Below, piece after piece: positions 13,160 through 26,288 of a DNA stretch of 64,000 nt. Below the pieces are notes generated by a model. The model did no database searches. It was not told the origin of the DNA and saw only the letters and a list, made by a program, of their open reading frames with translations. This stretch comes from Psammoneis japonica (lineage: Eukaryota). Position numbers and translations under genes: made by a program. Every line of letters begins with the position of its first letter. The first letter of the stretch is position 1. The DNA lies in NCBI GenBank assembly GCA_008632985.1, contig QPGO01000185.1, forward strand, positions 62,001 to 126,000, read 5' to 3'.

Positions 13160-13456
13160 TTTTCATGAGCAAAAAGTGAGAAAAGTGACAGAACAACTCA
13201 TGAGCATCCATGAGCAAATTCCATCTCCACAAATTTTTGGCATGATGAGCAAATTCCTTTTTTCGAATTTCTACGGAGTTTACTACTTAGAATCAATACA
13301 CTGTAAAGGAATTTGCTCACAGATTTCGGGGGAAATGTGGAATTTGCTCATGGGTTTATGGAATCTGCTCATGGTTTTTTTGTCTTGCTCATGGGTTTTT
13401 GGAATTTGCTCATGGTTTTTTTGTCTTGCTCATGGGTTTATGGAATCTGCTCACGA
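13160..13456. mobile_element. MITE-like insertion made of short repeats in inverted orientation
   Basis: The left part has catgagc/gagcaaattcc units (~13164, ~13199, ~13209, ~13243). The right part has the reverse-complement units ggaa(t/c)tgctca(tgg) in ~20-bp tandem copies (13308-13455). It abuts the kinesin relic. Confidence 0.55.
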
Positions 13457-13459
13457 CTT

Positions 13460-14245
13460 TCTTCGTTGGCTCATCACTCATCAGAGGCGGTCTTCGAGCA
13501 CGTTTCTGAATTTCTGCAAAGCGCGATTGGATGGCGACTATTCGTGCCTCTCTCTTATGGCCAGATGGGCTCGGGTGAAACTCACTCGATGCTGGGCTGT
13601 GGCAAGGAGTCAATCTATCACCCCTGGCGCCGACTATGTACTTCTTTCGAGAATACTTGAGACCTGCGGAGCCAGCAGTGGAAATACACAACGGAAGTCA
13701 TCTCTTTGGAAATTTACAACAACGAACGGAAGCACTTGCTGGTCGATCTCGAAATATCAAAATGAAGGCGGCCAAGAATATGGTTCAGAAGGCGACAAAG
13801 GAGAAAAGCGATCGGACCAAACTAGTGGTCGGAACCACGGACGGTAAACTCGTCATCAAAGGTGTTAGTGAGGTTGAGATAGATTCTTCAAATAATGGAG
13901 TTGGCGTTGATCCATTGAAGTGGTGCATGGAATATGCCGCAAGGACACTTGCGGTCAATTCTCAAAGTTCACGCAGTCACTCTGTTCTCATTCTGAGTTT
14001 GATGGCAGAGAACACAGAGACTGGCGCCATAGTCAGTGGTGTGCCAGATCTCCAGCGGAGTTGCGGCTGACCAGAATTGCTTGCAGGAAGCGAAATCTAT
14101 CAACAAGAACCTGATTTGCCTCGATGATGTGTTTGGTGCGCTTCCCAGCGGCGTCTCTCATGTGCCTAATCGTAATTCCAAGCTCACGTACTTGCTTTAA
14201 GACTGCCTGAGTGGTGATGAGAAGGTGATAATGTTTATGAACTAC
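13460..14245 (+). pseudogene. Kinesin-14 (C-terminal motor) pseudogene
   Basis: Frameshifted fragments: EAVFEHVSEFLQSA, SYGQMGSGETHSM (degraded P-loop GQTGSGKT), NSQSSRSHSV (switch I), EAKSINKNL, HVPNRNSKLTYLL*DCLSG with an in-frame TAA. Confidence 0.85.
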
Positions 14246-14540
14246 GCAGGGCTAACCACCGTGAGAGACAACGATGAAGCAAGTAACCCTCGTGAACTGC
14301 TGGTTGAGGCTATTCGGCGGAGTTACTATCCCAACCCCCTTCTACAGCACATTCACGGCTCCGCTCATAAGGAACCAAAGAAGGACAACTCCTTTGTGGT
14401 TTAAGATGAAGAAGAGTATGGATAGTACTGAACAAGTTTTATTGTAGTCCTGATTTGGTCAAGCGAAAACTAATGAATCCTACATAGTATATGCAATACG
14501 GTGTGGTTTGTTCCCAATTTCCCACGCAACACTTGCCTAC

Positions 14541-16519
14541 CTAAGAAACTCGAGGCCGAATAATGGTCCACGTCAAGGTTGCCTCTGTCGTTTTCGAGTG
14601 GTTCTGAATACGATAACTGTTTCCTGGTGGTACCCGAAACATATCTCCGGGACTGAGCAAGTATCGAATCGCCGTGTCTGGGTCAAAGTCGCCCTCGTCC
14701 TCGTGTGGATCGGCAAACGCCAGCTCGATTGCCCCGTGCTGGCCGTTGCAAACGGTAAAGGTTTGGGCACACTGGCCAACGGATTCGTGGTCCTTGATTC
14801 CCTTGGGAGGGAGAACAAGTTGTCCCATAATGTAACCCATGAACAACTGCTGGTCATCCGTAGGCACATTGAATGCCTGAGCTGCCTCGGCAACGACCTT
14901 GCCCTCGCCCCTGCGGCGATCCTTTGGAAGCGGCAGTTTGGTTTGAACCAAGTTATTAGCGTATGCGACCACCTCTGTGGATTCAAGAGAGAGTAATGGA
15001 GAAGTGAGACGTGGTTGCGTAAAACTCATTCGATCAAGCCAACACGATGAACTCACTCATATCGGATTCAGCGTCACGAGCTTCGTCCCACAGACAAGCA
15101 GTTTCTGAATCCTGATACTTGTACTTCTGCGAGTAGGAAAGGACACCAGAGTGAGCATACTCATGACATGCAAATGCATATTCCGAAGAAAGATATCAAT
15201 TCAGAATGACAACATACCCTTTTGAGCTTGCGATCGTCAAACACCGCCTCCTCAACGGCATCAACCTCCTGGCGAGCAGATGGTCGCTTACCAGACTTGT
15301 TGTTGTTGTTGTTGCTACCAGCCCTGTGAGTCACTTTGCGTTTCTTGTAGGGGGTAGGCAACCCTTTCTGGACACCGGTCACCATGGGCATGTTGCCCAT
15401 GGCTTTACCTAATTCTCCCTCTTCGTTGTGAGCTTCGAATACAAGTTGCTCGTTCTTCCAAAATTCCAGCGGTGGGAATCGGGCGCGACGAGAACGACGA
15501 ACACCCTTTTCAGGAGAAGCCTTATATTCTGAGACTGGTATGATTTCAAATTGCCGATCGGCAACTTGATATCCGGGTGGCGATGAAAAGGGTCCCTTTC
15601 TCTTGGATTCCTTCGTGTTTGTCTTGCGAGGGGCCTTTTCTTTCTTTTTCTTCTTCTTACTCCTCGGCTTTGCTGCAGGTACAGGCTCAGACTCTAAAGA
15701 TTCTTGAGCTGACTCTGGCGTCCTCAAATCGTGAGAGCCTGCCAATGCATCGTCGTCGTCGCCTTCGTCGTAATCATCTTGCACTTCGTTGGGAAAGTCC
15801 ACACCTGGGGAAGTCGGCCCAACATTATCGTCCTTAGCATTATCCTGCGCCTCTTCCTCGACTTCTTCATCTTCTGAATCATCGGGTGGTGGTGGTGGTA
15901 CCAAATCGTCATCATCCGACAATTCATCGGGCGGGGGAAAGTCATTGTTTCCACCGCCCATAGGAGAAGTGGGAGCAGGCGACGGATGTTGCTCTTGTTC
16001 CTGTGAGAGCTTGTGAGTCTCCTCGAGAGTCTCCTCTGGCGACGATCGTGCCTCTTCTGGTGAGAGAGGAACAGTATCGTCGTCGTTAGCTCCAAAGTCA
16101 CCATCGTCGTCACCCCCGGCAGGAAACTCAGGCTCTTGTTCTTGAGGAGAAGGAGGCGCTGTGGAAACTCTGCTAAGCTCTGACGGACTCATCACGCGTC
16201 GTCCGTTCTTTCCCGGTTGACTCAGATTGCTTCGAAATGCCGTCAATTCCTTTGACTGACGAGAAGCGTTGGCGTCTCCATCTTTTGCGTTGGGGAGAGA
16301 GTAACGAGGCTTTATCGTTTGCTGCTTTGCTGTTTGCTGATGATTTACATCTGCGGGCTGAAGAGGAGGAGGACTCTTTGCCGCATTCCAGAACTCGTTC
16401 ACGTCCTGCATACCATGCTTGTCGCTATCTACGGATCCCTTTTGACTGTACAAGACACCGGTTCGTCTACCGCGCAACATGGCAACCGCCACCGCGGCTG
16501 ATAGATCCTCTTCCGTCAT
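14541..16519 (-). CDS. CENPC: Centromere protein C (CENP-C/Mif2)
   Basis: N-terminal RGRRTG...DKHGMQDVNEFW, CENP-C motif VRRSRRARFPPLEFWKNEQ, C-terminal cupin domain (LLSPGDMFRVPPGNSYRIQN). Introns near 15215-15160 and 15058-15000. Confidence 0.9.
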
Positions 16520-16940
16520 GGTCGATACAAGTATTGCTGATGAAATTGAGAGCTTTCGCGGAGAGCGGAGTTTTGTCCGTTTGCTGTTGAACCGGGGCTG
16601 GAGTTTCACGTAGAAATAATACCAGATCGTGTGTAGAGAAGCTCCAACAAACCGGCGCGCCCGAGCTAGCACGACGATCTATTGATAATTGCATTTATTC
16701 ATGACATGAGTTTACAAAATAAGAATTACTTTATGCGCGCATAAAGGTTTTATTAAAATCTAACATGCATATTCATCCATACTCCTATCAGTATATAAAA
16801 AATTTTAGAGCAGGTCAACTGACGGCTCATATCCCATCCGCGCCAACCATCAGACAATCTCGCGCAATTCAAACGGCAGATGGAAGATGAATCCAAAGTA
16901 AACAACAATTGAAACTATATACAAAAAGTACAGCAGCGGC

Positions 16941-17832
16941 ATGGTCAAGGAAACCAAAGAAGAAAAGGCGGAACGGAAAAAGAGAAAGAAGGAAAGGAAA
17001 AAGGAAAAGAAACGAGAAAAGAAGAGGGAAAGGAAAAAGGAACAAAAGGAAGCAAAGAGGAAAAAGCGAAAGCTAGAAAAGAGTGCTGCTGCATCAACAA
17101 CTACAACAGCAAAAGCATCAACATCGACGACAACTGTGGTAGAAGTCGATACTGGCTTACCAACCAGTGGTGTCTCAATACAAGATCATGACGACGAAAC
17201 TCTAGTTTTTGAACGCAAAAAGGTCGAGCTGGTGGTGTCTTTGTTTCCTTTTGCTCTCGGCGACGTTCTGTTGCACGTCAAGGAATCGATTCGATCCTTG
17301 CTTCTCAAATACTCAGATAGAGTTGGGGGTGTGCTGTTAGCTTTTGATCATGTCGCGCTGGTCAAGGACTCGCATGGAAACCAAACTCGAGGAGTCATTC
17401 TGGACGAAATGCCTCACATTCATTATCGTGTTGAAATGGATGCGCTCGTCTTTTGTCCAACAGAAGGAGTCAAGGTGCGATGTGTTTCTTTTTTTATTGG
17501 AAAGGTGCTTTTATTGCTTGTGCATTAAAACATTCAGCCCCGGTGTTACTATCGTTCTTTTTGTTCTTTTCGCACAGCTCAAGGGGACAATCAACGAATG
17601 CTTTCCTTCTCATGTCGGATTGTTGGTCCATAGTTACTTTAATGCCATGGTGTCGTCGGACGACTTGGAGGCAGCGGGTTACGAGTTTGATCAGGATTTG
17701 TATCAATGGATTGCAAAGGGTACAGCGCTAGGAAGCGGTGATGTAATAACATTTACCGTGCAAAAGTTGCACGAATGTGCGGGTGCCATTTCCATGGAAG
17801 GATCGCATCCGCAACTTGTTCCTGTGGATTGA
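16941..17832 (+). CDS. RPA43: RNA polymerase I subunit RPA43
   Basis: LLLKYSDRVGGVLLAFD, intron 17475-17577, LKGTINECFPSHVGLLVHSYFNAMV. Lys/Glu-rich N-terminus. Confidence 0.85.
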
Positions 17833-18239
17833 GCAAAGTTTGTATAAATGATCTGGTTTTGTTGATCGTTGCCAAAAAAAAAGAACTTTCTAGAGGATCT
17901 TTCGTGTTCGGGCAAGTTGGTTCGGGGTGATCGATGAAGTTGCATTGACTCGCCGAGGAGACGGAGCACCGTGCATCGGACTATGTTATCCATACTGTAG
18001 CACGACATCGCTATTTCTTAACAGTCTTCTACCGCGAATTGTTATTCCAAAATCAAAACTGTTTTCTCAAGTTGAAAGGCTTTTGGTCGTAGTCCAGACT
18101 CGGATGGACTGGTGCATGACGGCAGTTGACTATGGCTCGAGGATGAAAGAAAGTCCGGAGACAAGTATCGCAGTTGTACTGTAATGGCAAAGCGAAGATT
18201 ACCAATAGAAGCTTATGCTCAACAAGGTGCCCACGCAAC

Positions 18240-19327
18240 CTATGTTGATGTTTCCAAGCGAGTGCTTCTTCGCAACTTCTGGATGGATACGGAGTCCGAT
18301 TCCTTTGCCACTGGTTTTCGTTTCTTTGACGACTTCTTTTTTGCATTCGCTAAGGGCTCTCTAGTCATATTGCGCTTGCTGCGCTTTGCTAGTTTTTGAA
18401 TGGATGGAACAATAGCGGTCGTCCGTCCTCCCAACTTGATGAACGAAATTGCTCGGTTCTGAGAATCCTTTACCTTCGCCTGTCGCTTTTTGTTCCATCG
18501 ATAGTGAAACAACCATTCCTTCGGATATTCTCGACTGGACTGCAAGCAATCTATTGCAGTTGTCAGAATGATGTGTAACTTGTCAAGCAACGATTTTGAC
18601 TCGGTGGTCGTTAAAAAGGATTGCTGAGGGTGGAGTTCACATTGGTAGCAAACTTCGTCGGCGACCCAATTTCCAATCCCGCTCATGACACGTTTTTGAT
18701 CCATCAAAATAGTTTTGATACTCGTCGACTGGTTCGAAAGATCATCTATAATATTCTGTGGGCACGTCAAGGACACATCCAAGGCGTCGGGTGCAGTGTC
18801 GACTTGGAATTCATCCGACAACGTGACGGATCCAAACTTTCGTGGATCAGAAAAACAAGCACGCTCGGAACCGCACTGAAACTCAAGGCATGTCCATGGT
18901 GGAGGGTACCTATCTTTATCAGAAAGAGATTCTAGCTTCAGAATATCTCCAGGCGTTGATATCCTTCCTGTCATTCCCATGTGTAGACAAAGATATTGCT
19001 TTTCTGCGAGAGATGCAACGAAGCAGGAAAGAACAAATAAGGATAAAATCTGACGTCGGCCATTGTAGACGTTGAAAAGCAGACTCGGCACTGACGTTTA
19101 CAAGTTTCTACTTGTGGCTTTGAACCATCCAACTCCATGCAAATCAACTTGCCGTGGCGAATGACATTCGATACGTGATACCTGTTGTTTAAGCTCTCAA
19201 CCTGCGATGCGCTCAAGAATTTTCGCGGAGCCAGGTCCATTTTCGCAGTCACTAAGAGCGGTTCTGTCGGAGAGACAAGTACCAGTAGCAATTGACGAAA
19301 GTGCTCCACCTCTGGAAGTTCGGGCAT
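18240..19327 (-). CDS. FPG: Formamidopyrimidine-DNA glycosylase (Fpg/MutM, plant/fungal-like)
   Basis: N-terminal MPELPEVE, RHGK, LHMGMTG, FSDPRKFG, H2TH motif LMDQKRVMSGIGNWVADE. Intron 19095-19004 (GTCAGT..CAG) restores the frame. Confidence 0.92.
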
Positions 19328-19544
19328 GGTTGAAATAAGAAGTCTATGCTGCTATCCTAGAGTATACTAAAATAAATATAGCTCCTCTTCACTCTCTTCC
19401 GGGTTTCTTGTATCCAATCCTCCACGTGGCGCGCCCCGAGCCCGAGCGTGTGGGAGATGGTTTGTTTCTCTCACTTTTAATTTTGCATTCTGCCTTCGCT
19501 AATAACTTCTTTCCGTGTCAAGGTGTTGACATCCACAGAGAGAT

Positions 19545-22500
19545 GTGGCACTTGAAGGGGTCGTAAGCTTGTGGATACTTTTCTTTGGCCTTATTTCATT
19601 TGCTTCATCGAAGAAGCACAACATTCTCCGTTCTCCTGCCTTTCCATCAACATCATGGTTTGGGTTCAACAAACGACCAAAATCTGTACTCCAGCGTGAA
19701 GAAACGTCGCCATTGCATAATGCGCTTCGTATTCTATCCGGAGGTGATCAGACAGATCCGATGTCTCCCATCATGAAACAGACGAAGAACGATACAGTCG
19801 ACAAGTTTATACTCTTGGGGCGAGAGCCCATGGGCTTGTACGGGCGGCCACAATCTACCTTGATGGCCCATCAACATCGGGTCTCGTGTATGAGTGTAGC
19901 AAGAATCTGGCGTTGTCTGGCGTGGGTCAAATCGTAATACTTACAAATGACGATGCCAATACACGGCCAGAAGATATGTATCATAATAAAGAACTGGATG
20001 ATTTAGGTCGGGGATATGAAAAGGCTGCTCGATCGAGCTAGGTATTGAGGTGGAGGAGGAGGCCGATGCGACGGACGTTCTCGTGAATTATTTGCAGAGA
20101 TTGAACCCTTCCGTTGGTGTTTCAAAAATGACTAGATCACAATTGAAAGAGAGACGAGATGTAGAGGGCGGGATACTCGTATGCATGGATCGCCCAAAAT
20201 CCACTCAATGAATCTGAACTATGTTTGCCGTGAAAAGAGCATGCCTTTTGTCGCCTTAGAGACTGCAGGCGTGTACGGACGCACATTTTGTGACTTCGGT
20301 CCTTCGTTTCAAGTAGTTGATTCCGATGGTGAAACTCCACTGGTCGTGCCGCTAGATCATGTAGAGATAGTGGGAGACAAGCTGAAGGTTTGCTGTCTCG
20401 AGGGCGAAAAACATGATGTTTCCAAGGGCGACGAAATTGTTTTCCAGCTTGGGAATGGCAGCAAAATGGCGAATCGTTGTACGGTGATGGAAGTACTCAA
20501 TCCAATAACCTTTACTGCTCGATTGGAATCAACTGAGGGAATCCCAGAGACTGACCTGGTCAACGAAATCAACGAGAACGCATCGTGCTTCAGTCGAACT
20601 AAATTCCTCAAAAGTTACATTCGAGCCTCTTGACGTGGCTTCAGAGAAATGCAAAGAAGACCCTTCTCTGTTTGCATTTTGTGATTTAGACAAGAGCATT
20701 GACACGACAAGGAATGCCGCAATCCTGACTTGCTTCGATGCGATGCAAGATTTTCAGCGGAGCCATGGTCGTTTGCCGTCGAAGGAGGATGTAGCTACGT
20801 TTTTGGACACCGCGTGCTCAATAAGTGGCACGCTTCGTCAAGATATCGATGAATCCCGATGGAAATCCATTGTGGAATCGTTTGGCTCTTGTTGTCAAGC
20901 GAAGTTCACTCCTCTTCAAGCAATGTTTGGTGCCGTCGGAGCTCAGGAAGCCCTCAAGGCAGCAAGTGGACTCTACAATCCAGTAAAGCAGTTTCTATTG
21001 TACGACTGTGACGAGGTACTCGAATGTCGCCCTTCATCTTCCGATGAGAAAGATACGGAAGACAGGATCGCTCCTGGACAGACATATATCTTGGGAAGTC
21101 GCTTACTGACAAGCTGGCTTCGAACCGGCTATTCGTTGTCGGAGCGGGAGCAATAGGGTGCGAGCTACTGAAAAACCTGGCAGCGATGGGAGCCGGAACG
21201 GCACTGGATGCATAGTTCTCACCGATATGGATACAATAGAACGGTCAAACTTGAGCCGACAGTTACTGTTTCGAGATTCGGACATTGGGAGCTTCAAGAG
21301 CATTGCAGCTCAGCGGGCGGTGCGTAGATTCAACCCTAATGTAAAGGTTGAAGTACACACAAGCAAAGTGGGAGACGACCACGGCCCTTTTAATGATATG
21401 TTCTGGTCGGAGGGCTTAGATACTGTGTTGAACGCTCTTGATAATGTTGAGGCTAGACTACATATTGACGGACAGTGTGTGGCTCACAGAAAGGCTCTTG
21501 TCGACGCCGGAACGCAAGGATCAAAGGGGAACGTCCAAGTGGTGGTCCCTGGCAAGTCGGAATCATATGGTGCGAGTGCGGATCCGCCAGAACAGGCCAT
21601 ACCAGTGTGCACCTTGAAGAACTTCCCCTACGCTATTTCGCATACCATTCAATGGGGACGAGATATGTTTGACGGCTATTTGAACGAAGACCAGCACAAG
21701 CAAACGAGTATGCAGATCGTTTCACTTCATCTACAAGCGACGAGTTTGCAGAATATTTGGTCGGGAAACTGGGCGAAGATGCGGCGATCGAAGCCGCTGA
21801 GGAACTTGCCGAAGATCTTGGAATGACGAATGACAGCATTGACGACCTACGAACACTAAGAGAATCGTCAATTCAATGGGCGGTTGATTTAGCCAAGACA
21901 TTATTTTGCGACTCCATCGACGCGCTTATCAAAGAGCACCCAAGAGATAGTGTAGACGAAGATGGCGAGCCGTTTTGGTCAGGCACCCGACGCGTACCGC
22001 AAAGGCTGTCCTACTCCCGCAAGAAAGAGAGAATGCAGACCAGGCGACGATAAATAAGAATCTGGTTGATTTTGTCAGGAATGCTGCTCGCTTGCGAATA
22101 GAAAGTTTCACCGAGGTGCATGCAGACAAATCATGTGTGTCACCTGAAGAAGCTGCTTCTGCTCTGAAGAAAAAGTTGGGAAGATGTTTGCGTGGAAGAC
22201 ACAAAAGACGATAGCTCAGACGCTGTTACAAGAATTGCCAACATTGTCGGTTCGGGATCGCTAACAGAATCGCGTAAAATGCAGGAGATCGAGTTTGAGA
22301 AAGATGACGAAACGAATGGGCACGTTGCATTTGTCACAGCAGCAAGTAATTTACGAGCCTTGTGCTATGGAATACCTCCCGTTGACGCAATGGAAACCCG
22401 TCGAGTTGCAGGCAAGATCGTCCCGGCTATGATCACAACGACGGCTTTCGTGTCGGCTCAGTCATGTATAGAGATGATCAAACTGTTGCAGCAAGCACCT

Positions 22501-23022
22501 TTGAAGCTCCATCGGAATGCTTTCATCAACCTCGCTCTTCCGTTTTTCGCGTTTACCCAACCGCTGCCGGCTGAAGAGTTTCCGGGTTTACGAGGAGGGG
22601 TATACACTTTGTGGGACCGAATAATTGTCAAGGAAGGGAAGAAGTCAGCGTCGAAAGGCGGGATATCATTGCGACGGTTCCTTCGTCAAGTACGCAAGAA
22701 GGCTACTTCTGATCCCGATTCGATAGTTGTCTCAAATTTGTCATACGGGCCCTACATGATTTATGCCAGCTTTTTGCACGAAGACGAAGACGATATGCTG
22801 GACCGTCCATTCCTGGAGCTGCTAAAGGAAGCGATTGTATCTGGTGATGAGTTTGATGATGAGTTCTCGCGTGATGACAACAACTCCCATTCGGTGTCGG
22901 TTGATGTAGAAGGGCTCGACGACAAGTTGTTCATTGATACGACAGTTGTTGTAGAAGAACAAGAAACAGGGGAAGAAGTAGAGCTGCCTCCTGTACGGTT
23001 TATAAAACACAGAAAAAAATGA
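19545..23022 (+). CDS. UBA1: Ubiquitin-activating enzyme E1 with signal+transit presequence (probable SELMA sUba1); multiple 1-bp frameshifts in this assembly
   Basis: DEERYSRQVYTLG, KNLALSGV, VVGAGAIGCELLKNL, TDMDTIERSNLSRQLLFR, catalytic PVCTLKNFP, FEKDDETNGHVAFVTAASNLRA, AGKIVPAMITTTA. Hydrophobic N-terminus, then a Ser/Arg-rich segment ending LRILSGG. Exact start codon uncertain. Confidence 0.88.
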
Positions 23023-23120
23023 ACGCCTACAACAATGATAATAAATCCCCGCTATTTTCTGCTACTCGAACTCGTTCCCTAACTGCCATCTCCTCCCCAA
23101 CTTCAACCTACAATGTTTCG

Positions 23121-23555
23121 TTAGCTCTTGCCCTCCAAATCATCAATTTCCTTGTCAATATCACCGTCCACAATTGCCTTTCGCAGCGTTTTGTATTGAT
23201 CTAAAGTGAGCGAAATACCTTTCTTCCCCGGCAACACTTTCCCATCCTTTTCATAAACCTTGGAGCAAACAGAAGAAGGAAAATGAGCGGGTACGGGGTT
23301 AGTCGGAGAAACGCGTCGTTTGTCCAGGCCGCTGAAGCCTAATAAAGTACATAAGTTCATCATCCACGTACCTCACGAATGTCACGAGGACATTTCCCTT
23401 CCATTTCCTGACAGTGCACCGTCTCTTCGCCGATAGTTCGAAGAACGCGTCCCCTTCCGGTGTGCGGGCTACGGTGCTTTCGCCGCCGTCTTCTGTCGTG
23501 CCAGCTCTCCTTCTTCTTTCTTTGCTCTCTTTGGAGAGGGTTCTTCTTCCGACAT
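23121..23555 (-). CDS. SUB1: Transcriptional coactivator PC4/Sub1 (ssDNA binding)
   Basis: [21 protein letters not shown](D)IRE, intron, [22 protein letters not shown]. Two apparent 1-bp deletions in exon 1. Confidence 0.88.
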
Positions 23556-23840
23556 GGCTGAACTGTCTTTGCTTATGGAGCGAATTGAGGCCGACCTCAA
23601 GGATGTATGATCAATGATGATGTATGATGTTGCGTTGCGTTGCGTTGCATTGATTGATGAGAAAAAGAAATGAAAGACGAACGCCTATGATTTGTAACTC
23701 AATGTGGAATACCACGACGTAAGTAGAATCTCATGTATGTAGAGACCAGTATGGTTGTTACGTTCAGGTGTGCGTACTTCTTGTGTGCAAAGGGCTTGTG
23801 TCAAGAGTTCGTTGTTTTTCGCTCTCTCAATCATCACACC

Positions 23841-24510
23841 ATGAGCATCAGACCAGACACCCGACCTCCCGTTCAGGACATGCCCCCTCCGGGAGGGTTC
23901 CCAAAGGTAAGGCTCTGTGGAATATTGGAGGAGAAAGCGGAAAACAAAAAACATGCTTCAACAGCGACAACGAACGATGGGAAACCGTGTCGCTGAAGCA
24001 CGAAGGATGCGGGTCGTTCGGAAGACGTCCAGACTACTGCTGGAAGGTATTCCGGCCATACTAACTGTAACCTTACTGCGTTGTTGGCTTGTTGATTGTG
24101 TGCCAGTCGTCTTTAAATTATTACTTTTGTAGCTCACAATCATCTCTTCGCTTGTCTTCGCTTCACTACTGTAGGTCGATACGGTAAGGTCTCTTCCTGC
24201 ACGAGGCCCCAAAGGATGGCAGATTTGGGCCGGTGTGTCTGTTGCGATCATGTATGGGTTTTACCAGATTGGAAAAACAAATAAGGAACGGAGCCAGCAG
24301 AAGCTGGAGGAGCGCAGAATCAGATATGCGATTGCTCCCATTATGCAGGCCGAAGCTGATCGCGAGTACGCCGAAAGAGAGAAGGCGATCCTGCAAAGGG
24401 AAGCAGAAATAATGAAGAACGTGCCCGACTGGACTGTCGGAAAAAGTCCGTACTTCTCTGGACGCTGGATGCCGCGTGCCGTAAACCAATTGGACAAGAG
24501 CGCGCGGTGA
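23841..24510 (+). CDS. NDUFA13: NADH dehydrogenase subunit NDUFA13/GRIM-19 (B16.6)
   Basis: VQDMPPPGGF, intron 23907-24174, LPARGPKG, IAPIMQAEADR, EAEIMKNVPDWTVG. Confidence 0.93.
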
Positions 24511-24713
24511 ATGCGGTGATCATTCAAAGCTTTCCCGTATCTATGTCACCAACAGAATAGACTTAGCTATCTGTTATCTACTTCTCTGTTTTATCCATGC
24601 CTGGATAGATAGCGACGGGTCTGTCGTTAACCTCGCGAGTGGATTCCGGGTGGTTGCGGTCTCACTCGCGGTAGATTGCGTTTCTGTTGCAACGCAAGAT
24701 CGAACGGCAAAAT

Positions 24714-26008
24714 TCAGCCCGACACATCCCATTCAGTAAAGGCCCATCGATCCACGTCCTTGTTGCTTTCAGAAGCGCTGCCACTCAAACTTAGAACTCC
24801 TCCTTCTTCACTAATGATAAATCCGCCATTCCCCCAATTTGCCGAGCAACAGCATAGCCGAGTGTCCTGCCAGTCATCGTAGGTCTCCCATTCTTCGCGC
24901 TTTCCAAAGGCCTTTGAACTGCATGCCAAATACCCGAGAAGGTTTGTCCTGCCCAGTGTTGGGTAAATCGATGTTGAAGACCAATGTTGTTGGCCTGTTT
25001 TGTCCAAACCCCAAAAACACAAGAATCCGGATGAAATACCTTGGACAACACAAGCGATCCATCCGAACATGAAAGAAAGTCGCCAGAAGACGTGTGTTTT
25101 ATGGTGTACCACCCTTGAAATGTTTTTGGGACGGGCCTCCATGACTTTGCTTGGACCATTCTGTTTGCTTTTCTCGTTACTAGCTTTGACGCGTCTAGAT
25201 TTGCATCGGCCTTTTCGGATATCGTATCAAGCGCCTCATTCTGGTCGGCAATTTCTTGGCCCAAAGTTCGACCAATAGAAGTAAGTTCTCCTAGGCTCCT
25301 CGAAAGCTTGTTCAAGTGATCGTCCTGTAGAGCCTTTTGCTTCAAAGTTGGGTCATTCTGCTCGGACAAAGACGATGATCCAAGTTCCACCCCCCTCGAG
25401 TCCATTGTCCTTTTTCCAGATGAGACGGAAAAATTGTTATCACTTTGTCTTTGCTGAATTTTGTTTTGAATGTCTCTCGTCACGGACAAGTCGGCATTTA
25501 GTTGGGATATAACGTCGTGAGAAATCGTTTCCTTGTCGATCGCGTCAATTTCTTTAGCGGCTTTCGCATAAGTTGCATCGCATATCTCTAAACACATGTT
25601 CTTCTGTTCGTCCGTCTCAGACGTCTTCAATGCTACCACGTTGCAGCGGTAATTGAGGATTGCTTGAGCTGCAGCTTGGCAAGCTTCTGGAAGACTCTGG
25701 TACTGAAAATGGTTCTGAGGCATGTTGCTCGTCTCGTCCGTTCCCAGAGGTTGAACATCGTTGGTGAACATATTGGAGATCCACCCTGACCATGTCATTC
25801 CTCGAATGAGCCTTGCTGACTTTTTGATTGCATACTGCGCTTCGTCTGCCATTCGATTGGCATGGCCAATTTGTTCGCTTTGCGTTGCCGCGACCAACAG
25901 CGTCTCCCGTCCAACATCGATTGCCTCTGCCGCTGCAGATTGAGCCGAAATATATTCCTCCTCGTTCGTCTCATGAGATAAATCTGAAACTGTGTCTCGC
26001 GTAGTCAT
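24714..26008 (-). CDS. SNAP-25/Sec9-like Qbc-SNARE with C-terminal Trp/Gly-rich beta domain
   Basis: Qb helix (AIDVGRETLLVAATQSEQI) and Qc helix (QDDHLNKLSRSLGELTSIGRTLGQEIADQNEALD). A probable 1-bp deletion near 24945 shifts the C-terminus to the frame ending at 24714. Confidence 0.8.
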
Positions 26009-26288
26009 CGGGAGAGAGGCGAATTCGTAACTGGCAATCAATCACTGTCAGCTTATGTGCGATGTGTCTTGTTGAGTTGTTGACAAGGTTGCGGCCTTGT
26101 GCCTTGCGTCGTCGCGAGTCGTGGCGATTGAGTCGTGGGAACACTTTTTGCGCGCGCGAACTGAACGAGGAACGGAACGGCAGTCAACCGTCAGAGAAAT
26201 GGCGTTGCGAATGCGAAAGAGCGGCAGCGGCGGCCTCCATCCGTCCCTGATTCATTAGAATTGATCAGCTAAGGCATCGCATCTGACC

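Noticed and set aside
13308..13456. Regularly spaced ~20-bp repeats resembling a CRISPR array
   Set aside because: No unique spacers, eukaryotic context and no cas genes. It is a tandem/inverted repeat element.
18971..19101. Apparent frameshift in Fpg
   Set aside because: Explained by a canonical intron at 19095-19004.
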